NCBI GenBank assembly: GCA_002633005.1
Contig: NMRA01000103.1
Span: forward strand, 220,690 to 284,689
Length of the DNA: 64,000 bases
Source of the DNA: Phoronis australis
Lineage: Eukaryota > Animalia > Phoronida
Reading direction: 5' to 3'
This document shows, one piece after another, positions 47,286 through 60,560 of this stretch (its first letter is position 1; the number at the start of each line of letters is the position of its first letter). The notes beneath the pieces were generated by a model. The model did not search any database. It saw only the letters and a list, made by a program, of their open reading frames with translations, and was not told where the DNA came from. Position numbers and translations under genes: made by a program.

Positions 47286-49993
47286 CAGCAATGCAATTTC
47301 AATCACTGGCAGAATAAAATGGGTTTCAGCGGCTCCCATTTTTATGCAAATAAAAGGATTTGTGGTAGTTTCCGAAAATGCTTTCCGTCCATGGGATTCC
47401 GCAACAGATAAATTTTTGTGTTGGCAAACCAACTCCCGCGCCCATGTTCTGGCCACTTAAATGTGATTAGGTGTCGGATTAAGCCAGGTTTATCGGGGAC
47501 TTTTAGCAAAACATTGTCTGAAGCCTCACTCTGAGCTCATTGATAGACACAATCCCTGCCGGTCGCTAAAATGTCTTACCTCCAACTCTGAGATGTTACT
47601 ATGCTGGGGAGACAGAATTTTGGAACTCCCTGGCCTTGGTCGACAATTTTTTTCACCCCATCCTCGGTCAGCACATCTCAAAGCGCTGCTGTGGTTACGA
47701 AGCGTACGCCTAAGCCGAGGCTTACATGTAATTGGTTTAATGGATAATCCGGAACTGCAGTCACTGCTGCATGGAATTTAATTTTGGCCCATAATACAAA
47801 GAGAACTACAGAGGCGGATTCATCATTCTATTGGCTCTGAGCTCGAGCAGGAAATTAATATAGTAACACCAAAGATAATGTACCTTTTAGCGCTCAATAA
47901 TACGCCACATTCCAGGTGCACCTTTGACCCCGTCATAAAATAACGACAGAAAAAAAACGTTTTGCCACAGTTGTTTTATTTACCGAGGCGCTCCTAGATT
48001 CAACGTTTTGTAAAATACGAAGTGTCAACTATCCAACCACACCAGTTGCACATTTGCATTTGTGTAATATAATGGTAATATAAAATGTATCCCGTCAATA
48101 TTGTCGTTGTGGTAATTACAAACAGGATCATGATCACAAACTTAGGCCAGTGTAGGTCGAAGTAAAAAATTCTCGCAGGCTTCGCAAGCGAAACTTACAA
48201 TGAAGCAGTCTTCACTACCGCTGGAGATTATCACGGCCAACTTCTTATAATACAAACTTTCTTTGGTCAACAGTTTTGCACGAAGTAAGCGCACTATACA
48301 GTCCCCTCAGGGCCTTGTGGCACCAACGCTACATGAACCTATACACGTATGTCTCAATACGGGAAAACCGAGTGGGAACCGACTTGGCGTGATACAAGGC
48401 TGGACGAGAAGCACATTCACTTTTTAACTTGGACAAACTTGCCCGTTTTCGGACGTCCTCATCTTGTTTCGTCAAAATGTTAAGACTGACTCAGAATGAC
48501 TTTGGCGTGACACGGTGTAGTTTTACACGTCAGTGACTTACTAGCCATGTAAAAACGTAGACGCCAGTGATCGGTTGCATGTTCCATAAATTTTCCATGC
48601 ATTTGTAGACTCAATTTTGCTCTATTTTTCAATTCCACTTTATCTTTTTGTGGGTTCCTTTTGTGACATATTCTAACAATATATCTGAAAATTGAGGCCT
48701 TGCTTCAATGAAAGTAAATCACATGGACTATGTCGTAAATTAGGGGCGCTGCATACATAGGTCATAAAATAACGTTTACTCTTGATATATATCACAAAGT
48801 CCACAAATGTGCTAACAATTTATGGAACATAGCTCAGCCTCTGTCGGGACCATTTCATGCGATGCGTGTTATAATGCCCTTTTTATCAACGGGCGTGAAT
48901 CCGGAGTGCGTTCCGTAAACCAAGAGATCACGCAAGACCACGCAAAAACACGTCAATGAACGTTGGCCTTATTTGCAAATGTTTGACGCCTTAGTATTGT
49001 AACCCAGTGAAGCGGCGGCCACTGAAGTGATTGGTCGGTGAGGTTGGAATGTTGAGTTATGGGATAGATATTCATTGTCTCCGTTCAATAAGCGAACTCT
49101 TTTCGTCGTTATTTTGTTCATGGCTAATACATGTATCTTTGGTCTGCGGAACTCAGCCCTCGGATCTTTTCATGAAAAATAAAAGATACTCTTGTCTTTA
49201 CATAAATCAGTTTAAACACAGTATGAGTTTAGTTAGTCGAAAATACCAATAAAATATAAACAATACTGATCTTTCAGCCCTCTTTGCTCTATGTGTTTGC
49301 CTTAATGTACATGTACCGTTAGTTTTAAGTTTTGTTAAAATGTGGTCGGGAAATCCACGGAAACCTCATTACATATGGCGGCAGTAGAGTGAGTACCCAC
49401 AATACATGAGTCATATGTCACTAATTGCGGCGGCCATTTTAGGTGGTAGTGGAACACTGAAAATAAAAATTAAACGAAAAAATCGCACAAAATTCAACTA
49501 AAGATAATATACCCACTTCATTTTAGTTAAAAACTTTATAAACGGAATTTAACATAAGTTATTTCAGTTAAAACTCAAGTCCGAATAATACTCACTCACA
49601 ATGTAACTATATGTACGGCAGATTGACGACCTTTGTTAAAACGAGATTCATGCGCATATCTAGAATCCAAACAGATTTTCAAATTTTTGCATATTGTTTT
49701 CAACGCTTTTACGGACATTGTCCAGGAAACTTATACAATGCAATACAAACTGGTTGGACAAGTTTTCATGCCGTCGACGCCAAATATCAATACTTTGGCA
49801 ACAAAACTTGAAGATGTCAGCGATCATTCCATTGAAAGCTTTCTGTTACCTTCCACAACTGTAGGTACATGATCACACTTTAATATTTTTGCACCGTCAC
49901 ATGTAACAAGTCTACAGTAGGTGCCAAACACAGCGTTATTGAAATGTTTTTCAATTTTCTGCTGGCAAGCGAGTACTTAAGTCAGCTTTACAA

Positions 49994-50110
49994 CTAACTT
50001 GTCTCAAAGTCTGAAACATTGTCTTCATATTCCGCAGATTGATCCGAACATGACGGCTTTTTGGTCACCTTTTTATGCTTCATGCGTCTGTTTTGAAACC
50101 ACGTTTTCAC
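49994..50110 (-). CDS. Bsx: Bsx exon 3 (helix 3 [14 protein letters not shown] to stop)
   Basis: Acceptor aaattgcag|, 117 nt encoding [38 protein letters not shown]. The intron lies at the common homeodomain 44/45 position. Confidence 0.95.
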   Translation of the reverse strand: MKTWFQNRRMKHKKVTKKPSCSDQSAEYEDNVSDFETS

Positions 50111-53100
50111 CTGCAATTTAGTATGCATAGAATGAGAGATAAAGTTTGAATCGTGACGTGCATGTACATACATATGTTACGTTAAAACCACTCGAAGACA
50201 CTCCTGTCTTCCGCTTCATTTTCGTCAATTCGTGATACAAAAAAGATCACGGTCAACGTCTGCCAAAATGAGGAACTCTAAACATGTGCTCGTACTTTCC
50301 CACAAAAATCGACCCTATTCTTATATATTTTCGTGATAATCTGAGTTCCTGGTTACCGTCTAGTTTGAAATTCCTGCGTTTAAGGGTAAAATGGCCCAAT
50401 TTTGAATATTCGACACTAGAAAAACAAACAAATACATGTACGCAGAGGCAATGTAAAATTGGCTGCATAGGGATATTTCGCTTCCTAATTTCTCCAGTGT
50501 TTGGACGTGACATAAAGTCAAAGATATCTTCGCAACATAAATGCCTTTTCCAAACATTTTGTAGAAGGGGGTACAGGAAATTCATACGATTGTATATACA
50601 GGGTGTCCCAGGAATGATCTCGGGATATACAAATCTGGGAGTTCAAGTTCAGTTCCCGCCATCAGTCTGCGCCCGGGAACCTGGCTTCTGTGTTATTACA
50701 CCTTGCTGTAAAATAGGCGAACCGTCACGTGCTCTGTACGTACGCGAATAGCAAACTAAATGCTCTGGAGAACAAAAACTTATCGCGCAATGCTATCGGA
50801 AACTCAAAAACGTCAAGTTTTGATTTAGGTCAGTGGTTTTCTCTTGCTCCTTATTCAGTTCGGAAGCGATTCCATGAGCTTGGTTTAGAGAAACAAAAAA
50901 TATCATTTTCCCGAACCCAGAACTCACCTTTAATTTGACTAAGGATTATTTTGATACCAATATCATAGTAGAAGGTGCCTAAATCAAAATTTGTTTCTTT
51001 ACAGAAACCACTGGTTTAATGGTGCCTAACGGAGTTCGACACAGTTTACCGAAAAGCCGAAAAGCAGCCGTTCTTTTACGACGCTGACTAACCCATAAAA
51101 CACTTGAATGCGATTTTGTAATTCAAACAACAGATTATTTACTTTGAAAATGTCGGGCGGGCGACATCAAAATTTCAGTGACGTCATGCTCAGCAATACA
51201 CAACACCTAGTGAAAATATTTGGTGTGACTTACTATAGACAGCCATTTTGAATTTATTAAAGAAGAAATTTGTTCGTCTTATATTGTTACCATCAACTTA
51301 TTTCATTTCATAATGCCAACAACATAACTAAATCTAGTAAAATGCACTGGGGTAAGAGAAATTTTCAAACGGCGCACATTCTCATTGGACGCTGTTCGAG
51401 CTAAAATACCACGAAGTCAGCTACCCTTATTTTTTTCTTCTTCAATAGAATATGCAATGGGTATCAAATCAAAATACAAAAGAAAAAAATCAACGGTGTA
51501 ACGTGTTAGGGTAGTAGTGTTTGTAGAAGCCATCCAGCTAAACTTTGGATCACTCAAAATCCAGGAAAAACGATTACCTACCCCGACGTAAGAAAATAAG
51601 TAAATTGAAAAATATGTTTAAAGCCGGAAAACATAAAACTGACATCGTGTAAGGAAATAAACCCATTTTCAAAAGTATTTTAGTCACTAATTTAACTAGA
51701 AGTGCTTTTTTAATAACCATTGAAAATTTTTTATTTTACGAAAGGTGCCTTGTTTAGGCGGCCGTAAGGAACATACTAATTCGTAGGCGCGAGCATACCT
51801 GTTTTGCAAATTTGTAGTTAGACAGACAAAATACAAAATATGGAAATTTAAAAGCTCAATTGTAAATTGAAACTGTGTCAAAAACCCTTAAATCAGTAAT
51901 TAATGTACGATGCAGTTATTAATTGTCATTTGAATCGCACCCTGACAAACTTACATACTAAATGTACAAGTACATTCACACTTGGGGACTGTGGAAGACT
52001 TTGGAGATATACAAAAACTCAAAAGACATTTTGTGATATAATGCGATTGTTAGGTCGTTTTTTCAAGTTTATGTTATGCTCATATAAATAGTTGCACTGC
52101 GCACGAGCAGTGGACATTGCTTCCGGCAGAACCATGACTGTGGTCCTTAGACCGGAACGCGAGAACCTCCAGCCTCACGAAAATGCTAGATAATGCAAGA
52201 CTTCGGGAGATATCATTAGTCATGTACGTGATCACACTAGCTGCCTTCACGACCTCGCCAGTACGACCGGTTTTAGAGCCGGTTTAGGACTACCTTTCGT
52301 GGATGCAAGAAACTCGCAAAAACTCAAGATCACGCAAGTCGTCCCGATATACCATAATTCACTGCAAGTGAAGCACGGGGTCAGCGTTTCTCTCGAGCAT
52401 CTTGCTTCTGTGAAACGCAGCCCACAAGACTGGTGAAAGAAGCAAATGTGATAATGTAATACCATGTACTTGTACATGGCGGTAGCTCGCGCGATCTTGC
52501 CTTTTCGTGTAGTTCCCGTGTCTGCGGATCTCAACCCTGGACAACGATCGGGAGCTGTGAAACTCGTCCGTACATGTACATGTATCATCTAGACACGCCG
52601 ACAGTACGCACCTGTCCCTCCAAAACCACAAGCTTGCATAAACTGTAAAAAGCGACCACAAACCTGTGTTTCTGTCAAATTCAGGTGGTTCGCTAAATCG
52701 ATTCTTTCAGGCGTCGACAAATAACGCTGTGTGTCGAACCTTGTCTCGAGCCCGTGGAGCTGGTGATCGCTGAAGACGGTTCGTGCCTTTCGGCGTCGGC
52801 TGTGTTTTCCAGAAGTGTCCTGGTGGAAGTAATGAGTAAATGGGAAACCTGCAAAAATAAAAGAATTGTGAAAATTTTTTGTTTTGCAGACGGGTATTTC
52901 GTCGCATTGTGTTTGCGCGTGACGTGTGGGTATCGAAGGAATACATGACTGGATACAATGAAACTGGAAGGTAATATCTTTAACGTGATGTAATATTATC
53001 GATTTTTAAATCGATAATATAACTTAAAAGTTTTCAACTTGCTGTGCCTTTTTAAAGCACGGTCCACGTATAAATGTGAACAGATGAAAGAAAACAAAAC

Positions 53101-56100
53101 CATGTTTCTTACGGATGCAATTTTTGTCATCCACTTTTGTAATCCTGAACAAAGAAAAATCCAGCGATGCATAAATCGCACAACGAAATTTATGTCCTCA
53201 ATTTCTGTGACAAGACCATTTCGTAACGACGATTCTTTTATTACATTTTTATCAGCAAAATGGAATAATTTGATCACATTATACTCATGGTGATTGGCCA
53301 ACAGTTGTATTAAAAGCCCTTTCTGATTGGTAAAATATACCTATGCTTTTATAATCCCTCTCAATTCAAAGCACTTACAATAACTTACTCGTTTTGAATA
53401 GTATTGTGAACCCCCCTCCTATCGCTAAAAGAGAAACGGCATTAAGACATTTCAATTGTTCATTTTTATTAACAGGAGTAAGAGGGACCTTGGCAGACGA
53501 GCTGAACGCTGTTACACCGTCTAGCCAAAACGCTTTACCCAATTGAAGAATTATAGGCGGGTCATTAGGAAACAAAATTGCAGGGAGTTAACAAATTAAC
53601 TTGTCAATTGGCGGCTAAAATGTTAAAAGAACGACTGCAGGTAAATGAAGGATCCGGGCAATTAGTCCTGCTTTTTATTATTGGGGATTTGAGAATAAAT
53701 TATAAAATAGTTTCAATAATTTCAGACACCAGAAAATGGCCACGTGTTAGATTTTGTGATAAATAATCTTTTTGCGTTGTCTTTTTAACAACGCAGGGCT
53801 GTAAATCACATGAAACACAATGACTGGCTTTAAGGGAATAAGTGTGTTGCATGCGCAACCATAATTTAAGTGCTATACTTTTACGGCGAATTTGGAAATT
53901 GGGAAATTTTGTTGCGTGTTTTGTGGAATCAGAAAGCTGTCTTGTGTGCGTGACCAGACAAAACTCCATTTATCGTAAACAATCACTTAAATCCCTCATT
54001 GTACATTTGTCCTATTTAAATTAGTTACCATCCTTTAAAATATTAAAATATTTTACTTGTCAGGGTCGGGTGCAATGGCCACATTATGTAATTTACAATG
54101 AATTATCAGGGTTATAATTTTAAGATAACATTCAGTATTACCGCATATGCTGGTTTGTGGCCAAATGTACATGTAGTTTTCTCTTCGTCACTGAAATGCT
54201 TTTTACAAAACCAGTGAGTGTTTCGATAGTGTTGACCGCAAGACAGTTATCACAGTCAAGAAGGTTGTAGGTGCATGACGCAAGTAAAATTTTCTTAATT
54301 TTACGCTTTGCATTCGTCATTTCCTCTTTATTTTGTTTAAGTGACAAAAACAATCGTTTTCCGAAATCAGCCCCAACATGGACCGTATCCAAACTTCTTG
54401 CCTCCTAACTAAACGCTGTGCTGGTTGAGCTAATTTGCACTCCGTTAATGGTGGAGTATTTTAAGCATAATTATTGGTAAAGTCACAGACCTTGAAACCA
54501 TCGAATGTAAAGGAGACAGTGGCGAGAATTGGTGATTTGTTATTAGATCAAGGAAGGACAAACTTCAAGAAGTCTATCACATGCATCAACAATCGTCAAA
54601 ATGCGACAATGTCCGTTCAACGCTTTATAAACCGAATCGAACCACGACTCATATTAAATGAGGTACCTTTCCAAATTATACTCTGTCTTAAAATAACAGC
54701 GTTTTTCTTGAATGAATAGAATTTACAATTTTTAAGCATGATTTTTAGACAGCCATTGATCGATTGGCCGAAAAGATCCTACAGGCGTTCAATTTTTGAA
54801 ACCTACATTTAAATGACAAGCGTACGTAAAAAAGCGAGCTTACGTAAAGGATTTAAAATCTTATATGTTTTGGTTGAAGAAATTCGCTTGATGTCCTAAA
54901 TAAGTAAGCAATATATTTAAGTTGAAGTAAAGTCATTACGGGATTTTAATCGTCTGTCACAAGTAATCTTACGTCGAGCGGGTCGATTACATTGCAAACA
55001 ATATTTTGTTACCTCTTCGTGCCGACATAGAAATAGCAGGGAACGATTGCCAAAAATTTAATAACTAACATAGAAGTACAATAATCACATCCTATTATCG
55101 AATTAATCAAATTCAAAACGGGTCTTGAAAATTCTTCAATTAATGCTAAATAAAAAATATCCATAAAGTGATAATGCAAATCCAGTATCAAGTACCACGT
55201 CCTAACTAAAAGCATTATTTCTCAATTTGGACAACTTAAATTTCGGAATTTTGTGGCTTGTTAGAAACTAACATGATGAAGAAAAAATGAAAGTTAAGCT
55301 TAATTTTTAGCACTCTTAATTAGCTGCATTACCTCTCGTAGTTACGGCGTTAATTGCTGCCAATTGTGTAACTATCGAAAGCGGCTGATAAGTGTGCAGA
55401 GGACATTTTGCAATCCAGCAAAACACGCATTAAATTTTACTTTTATACATAATCTCCGTTGTATACAAACCAGGTTTGTCGCAGTTTATGTTATACAGAA
55501 TCCTTTGCAATAGGTTATGATTTCTGTCCGTGGGAAGTTTTATTGAAATGTTGTTAAGCGAATACGAAGTATTAACGTCAGCTCATCGTCGGTCAGACAC
55601 GATAATTGCAATTTCCCTGTCTGTCACGCGAAGGCAGGCGGACTGACACAGGCGATATCTGCTAAACACACCATGACTACTATAAAGGAGTGTAACTCGA
55701 CTTTGTCAAACAGTTAACAAATTACCGTGTTCTACAGCACTGTACAGGCAATCAGGGAACTCGTGGTCGTCAGATTATCGGACTTCAGTGTACCGTAATG
55801 ACACGTGTGACATCGCACAAGTGGTAGATAGTGGTGATCGTCCTATAGGTGTTTTTTCATGATCAAAAAGTGCGTAGTACTTCTGAACTAAGCTTGACCA
55901 CGTCACCTGAGGACGAGCTTGCTTTTCTCAGTATTCTATTCCGTTACTGGACTGCACTGCACACTTTAGTAACGGTTGCCCTGTGAACCTGAACGCCACC
56001 AGCCAAGGCTTGAGAATATTAGCGGAAAATTTTGGGCTTCTGGCTTGATTAATGATTTCAAGCTACAACTTTTGTCTGGAGCATGCACACCTAATGGTTC

Positions 56101-56577
56101 CGAGCCTATTGTGGAAGTGTTGAAAATAAATCTAAATAAAAAAAAATGTTATATTACATTTTATGTAGATAAAAACAACGTTATGCCGAATCGCTCACAT
56201 GTCCGATTTCAATTATTAGCAAACTATATCAAACAGACTTGAAATTTTTTCGCTTTCTGCATCACCAACTTACCGTGGGTAGTAAGGACAAACGGTCGGT
56301 GAGGGAGAGACTTGGCCGCCAAAAATTGACTAACATCTCCAGCCACTGTGCATGGGCTTACAGGGAATCCAAATGTTGTCGACGAAACGGCGGCATACGA
56401 CGGGTAAGTGCATCTCAAAGGTCCCGGGATCCTGTTCTGGACCAAAACCATGTCTTTGAAATCAGAGTTTCGCGCTTTTGGCTTTTCCAGTAAAATGTCA
56501 TCAATTTTAAAAGACGTCGTCGATGGTTTTCTCGGCGTTGGCAAAACCATTGTTGAATTGCTGGCAAGAAAATCCAT
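49994..56577 (-). CDS. Bsx: Brain-specific homeobox protein (Bsx/Bsh), complement(join(49994..50110,52664..52848,56274..56577)), 201 aa
   Basis: The spliced translation gives an N-terminal eh1 motif ([14 protein letters not shown], cf. vertebrate BSX TSFFIEDILLHKPK), [10 protein letters not shown], and the homeodomain [45 protein letters not shown]|[14 protein letters not shown]. Both introns are GT-AG with compatible phases (1, 0). Confidence 0.95.
52664..52848 (-). CDS. Bsx: Bsx exon 2 (homeodomain residues up to ETQ)
   Basis: Acceptor ttatttttgcag|, 185 nt encoding (G)[61 protein letters not shown], donor CAG|GTTTGT. Not in the ORF track in this frame. Confidence 0.95.
56274..56577 (-). 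CDS. Bsx: Bsx exon 1 (MDFLAS...eh1 motif...VLTTH-G)
   Basis: ATG in ACCATGG context at 56577; lies within ORF 56224..56637; donor CACG|GTAAGT, phase 1. Confidence 0.9.
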
Positions 56578-56629
56578 GGTATAGACTTCGAAAAAGCCTA
56601 TCTTTCGTGTATTAAGTGTTGTCCGCAGT

Positions 56630-56745
56630 GACTGCAAGTCGTCAGGGAATTGTATTGTTTCCTTCTAATCGCTTGCTATTTATGCAATCGGTCCTTATTT
56701 CCATAATTACTCCGACTGTGTGGCTGTCATTAATGGGAGTACGGG
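56630..56745 (-). promoter_or_regulatory. Putative Bsx proximal promoter
   Basis: TATA-like GCATAAATAG on the minus strand about 100 bp upstream of the ATG, with TAATTA and CATTAATG homeodomain-type sites just upstream. Inference only. Confidence 0.3.
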
Positions 56746-57093
56746 CGCGGCGAAGGAATCTCAGCTTCTTGAAAGTAGTTCGCATGTCGCGATGGGGCTC
56801 GTTGCTGGCTACAGCCTGTAAAATCTCCACAAATGGTGAGAGTCGTTATGAAGGAAGCTCAAGCTACGTATGCACACTCACCCTGCCGACATTTGGAGTC
56901 ACACAACAGAACTGTGCATGGCTTCATGTCCGTCAGATTATTAGGCTACATTTAATAGAATATGAACGATTTCTGTACTGATTTACTTTCTCAAAACTAG
57001 CAGTAGGATCCTTCTCAATACGAAAACTCCCCATCACTGTCACTTTTTTAATAAAATTAGTTGCTCGCAATGTTGAGCCCGACGACAGCTCAC

Positions 57094-57116
57094 CACACAC
57101 GCATATATATATATAC

Positions 57117-57159
<43 letters not shown>

Positions 57160-57402
57160 TATGTATGTGTGTATGTATGTACAGTAGGTTATGTATGTAT
57201 GTTTGTATGTATGTGTGTGTGTGTGTGTGTGNNNNNNNNNNNTGTGTGTGTGTGTGTGTGTGTAAGTGCGTGCATGTATGCGTGTGTATGTATGCATGTA
57301 CGTATGTACGTATGTATGTACATGTAAGTATATATGCATGTATATATGTATGTTTGTATGTGTGTATGTGTGTATGTATGTATGTATGTATGTATGTATG
57401 TA
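57094..57402. repeat. Compound (TA)/(TG)/(TATG) microsatellite, with a short N gap
   Basis: Directly visible; explains three spurious ORFs. Confidence 0.95.
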
Positions 57403-57756
57403 CACGTGATGATTACGTAACTTGTGACAAAAATTGTCTTCTTTAAGTGTGAATAAATTATTCCCCAGATGTAATGCTAATTTGATTCATGCTAGTAATT
57501 TTATGCGTTTACTTGTAATTGTGACCTAAACAAAAATGCTGACTGGTCAAAAAATAAATGATGCTGTAGAAGACTTATTACGGCTGTCATAAAAGTCTGC
57601 TTCCTTCGGGCATTGAGAAACCAGTGTGTCCAGGACAGACTTATCCAGACGTACTGGCACACTTTCGCAGATTTAAAGGTACTTTCTCCGTTTTCATGAA
57701 CGAATATCAGCACAGGGCAGGTTGACATGTGGTCTTTTCTTAAACCCTGACAAATT

Positions 57757-59678
57757 CACGGTGTGGGGATCTGTACTACGTGTTTGGACTGGTCATGAGG
57801 AGTGCGGCGTCGTCATGAGAAATTCGATGTAGGAATACAACACCAGTTGAACAAAAATGTCTTTAAAATGTAAAAATCGATTGTATATGCAATTAGGAAT
57901 AGTTCTGCCCAATAGCTTAAGAGTCCTGGAAAGCGTTGAAAGCTTGTCACGTTAGCGCTAACAGCAATGACGGCCCAGTGCGACTCGATAGCCGTGACGT
58001 CACTGTGAAAAAATCGGGAATATCGGTGAAAGTTTGCTGATAAGCGATGCTTTATATCGTTGATTTAATACATTTCATACTGTAAGTAATACTTTATGAA
58101 GATGTGCATGTGCTGCAAAAGTTTCAGCTAAAAGTGTGCTTGATGAACAAAGATATGGAAATAGTAAATTAAGCAGTCAGATAAACGATTGTACGGACTC
58201 GTCAAGAGTCGATTTTTAAAAACTGTATGAACTCGCCAGTGAGCTGGTTAAGAATTAGGAAATTTTTAACCAGAATAGACCGTTTAATTTTATAGTTACC
58301 AATAGTTCTCGAGGAGTATAGTCAGATAGGTGACTTGAGAAAGATTGAATATATTTGAAATGGTGTATTAAAGTAAGAACACAGATAAGAAGTGTTGGCC
58401 ATTGTCATTAACCATTTTCGACTGAGTGACATCAATTTAAAAACATTTTACATTAGAATCGAAAATAAACTTTGCCGTGTCAAACCTTAAGGCAACTGCC
58501 TACGTCAAAAGTAATTAAGATTATAACCCTTGGAATTATTCATGAACTTGGTTGATACGTGTCAGTTGAGCTTTGACGGCAAGAAGATAAATGTCGGGAA
58601 AACTAAGACATTGACCTGTTCAGCTACGAAGATGAACCAAATTTGAAAGACCGAAAACAAAAACTTAAACAGGAAATGAGAAAGCAGAGGAACTGAAAAA
58701 TTTGTTACAACTGCAGTCTATTAGAGGCAATAAAAAATCCCTCACCCCATCTGCGCTTGGAGTTGAAAGAATGCATACACAAAATACGTGGCATTTTGTC
58801 ACTGCGATTGAAAGAGTTAGTCCCACTAAGGAGGGACGTGAACTGGCACTGGAGGAATTCAAGAAGATGGGCGGTTCCACATGCCAAATGTGGAAATCGG
58901 TTTAATGAGTCATTCTCGCGCCGAAACCTTAAGGTCCTAGTTTTGTATGTGAATTTTAGATATTCCTCTAGTTCTAAGTTGTTACAACAGTCGGCCAATC
59001 TTTGAAGTTTAGCATTTGGCAATTTACGTGGTTTATGTCACTTCTGGGAGATATAGCCTGTGCAGTAAGTCGGGCAGCAAGTTCAAGATACTGGTCTATA
59101 AGTACATGAATGAGTTACAGTACTTCAGTTCTGCAGGTACTGATGCATAATTAGACGACAACAATAAGTTGGAAACAATACCGGCTCAATGCAAAACCGT
59201 ACGGTTGCTCAGGACGATGTCGGACAGTCACGCGAAACTCGAGTATGACGAGTCCGTACAGATATTTTGAGAGTAGGTGTCATAAAATGCTACATAGCTT
59301 AAACTACAAATTACAGATATCAACTATACTTCTCATGGGCGTTGTCTATGGTTACATGATGGTACTCAAACACAAAAATTTAGCCAAACAAGAACAAATG
59401 TAAAGAAAATTGAAACTCGAAGTTTATCGTTGTGTAAACAAACAGTGAGATCTCTTGAGCATAGTCAGTATAGGCACCGTATTATAGTTATTAAGGTCAC
59501 ATTTTGACTACTCTTCCAGTGAGTGTATTGTAACAGTTTCATTGCAAAAAGTCATGTGTAACGAGGTAAACGAACTCATAAAGTACACATTGTCGGGGAA
59601 CTTTTGCCGATTTTGCTCATGACGACGCCGTACTCCTCATGACCAGTCCAAACACGTAGTACAGGTCCCCACACTGTG
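57757..59678. mobile_element. Non-autonomous TIR DNA transposon (~1.9 kb) with 63-bp TIRs starting CAC(G/A)GTG, possibly Transib-like
   Basis: 57757-57819 and 59616-59678 are inverted, 60/63 identical; AAATT flanks both sides; inner 15-bp inverted pair at 58190-58204 / 59246-59260. Confidence 0.75.
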
Positions 59679-60204
59679 AAATTTAGACCGTCTAAATTTC
59701 ACGGTGTTGGGACCTGCGGAGCAATTGAAACAAACTCCTAACTATAAGTATGGTGACTCCCAACTGCGTAAGCATGCTTTTCTCAACCGTAGACTCGATG
59801 AAACTGAATGGAACTGGACCTGTCTGTCCGTGTGATATACTTCTAGAACTTGTTCGAGGATTAGTATACGTAAATACAAAGTGCCGGTTGATCAGTTCAA
59901 GGAAATTTACCTATTTGATATCACTCAATTGATAAGACTCGCTATATGTAAACGATAAAGAGGTGAAAACAAATGATGGGATATCTTTAACTTGCAAAAG
60001 GACATTTGAAAAACAGTCACGGCCATTTCACGTGGATCAGAATTTGGAAAAACAAAATTTTTGTTGTGATCATGGTATTTACTAAACGCTATATTTGATT
60101 GATTTCGGAGCTTGATAGAGGGGATCTCAAAGCAGACTTAGCTTACGAGATTTACTGAACTGTAATCACTTTATTTATAGAGGTATGGAACTCGAAAGCT
60201 CGTT

Positions 60205-60560
60205 AAAAATATCTTTTAAATAATTACTGACGAAAGTATCATCTTCAAACGTCTAGTACAGAGTAATTCACTTTCCCCTGTAACGAAATTTCCAGAAACC
60301 ATCATAAAATTCACTATTTATAAAATTCCCCCCGAAAGAAAAATTCTGTGGTTACCACAGAGTTTCTAATCTCCCTCCCACTTATGATAAATGCGCCCAT
60401 GCGTTCACAAGCAGCTGCTTGAAGTCGCCTGAGGTCAAAAGGTCACCTTTTCCATGTCAGGGAAATGTGCTACGTCTATGTCTTGCCTCACCACAAAAGG
60501 AGACGTGCTTTGCCTTAAGGGACAAAACTCGACGAAGTGGCGAAATGTTGACAGATTATG
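60205..60560 (+). repeat. Local direct duplication, copy 1
   Basis: Matches 61495-62000 (aaaatatcttttaaa, cccactt-tgataa-tgcgc-catgcg, gctgcttgaagtcgcc, agggaaatgtgcta-gtctatg, aaaactcgacgaagtggcga). Confidence 0.8.

Noticed and set aside
50253-52661. ORFs of 100-155 aa within Bsx intron 2
   Set aside because: No homology signal, and the Bsx homeodomain splices cleanly across them.
57040-57446. His/Thr and Val/Cys ORFs
   Set aside because: Microsatellite translations; the same applies to 47151-47460.
58665-59022. Overlapping short ORFs inside the TIR element as a transposase remnant
   Set aside because: No DDE, zinc-finger or other recognisable motif; needs tBLASTx/HMM, which I could not run.
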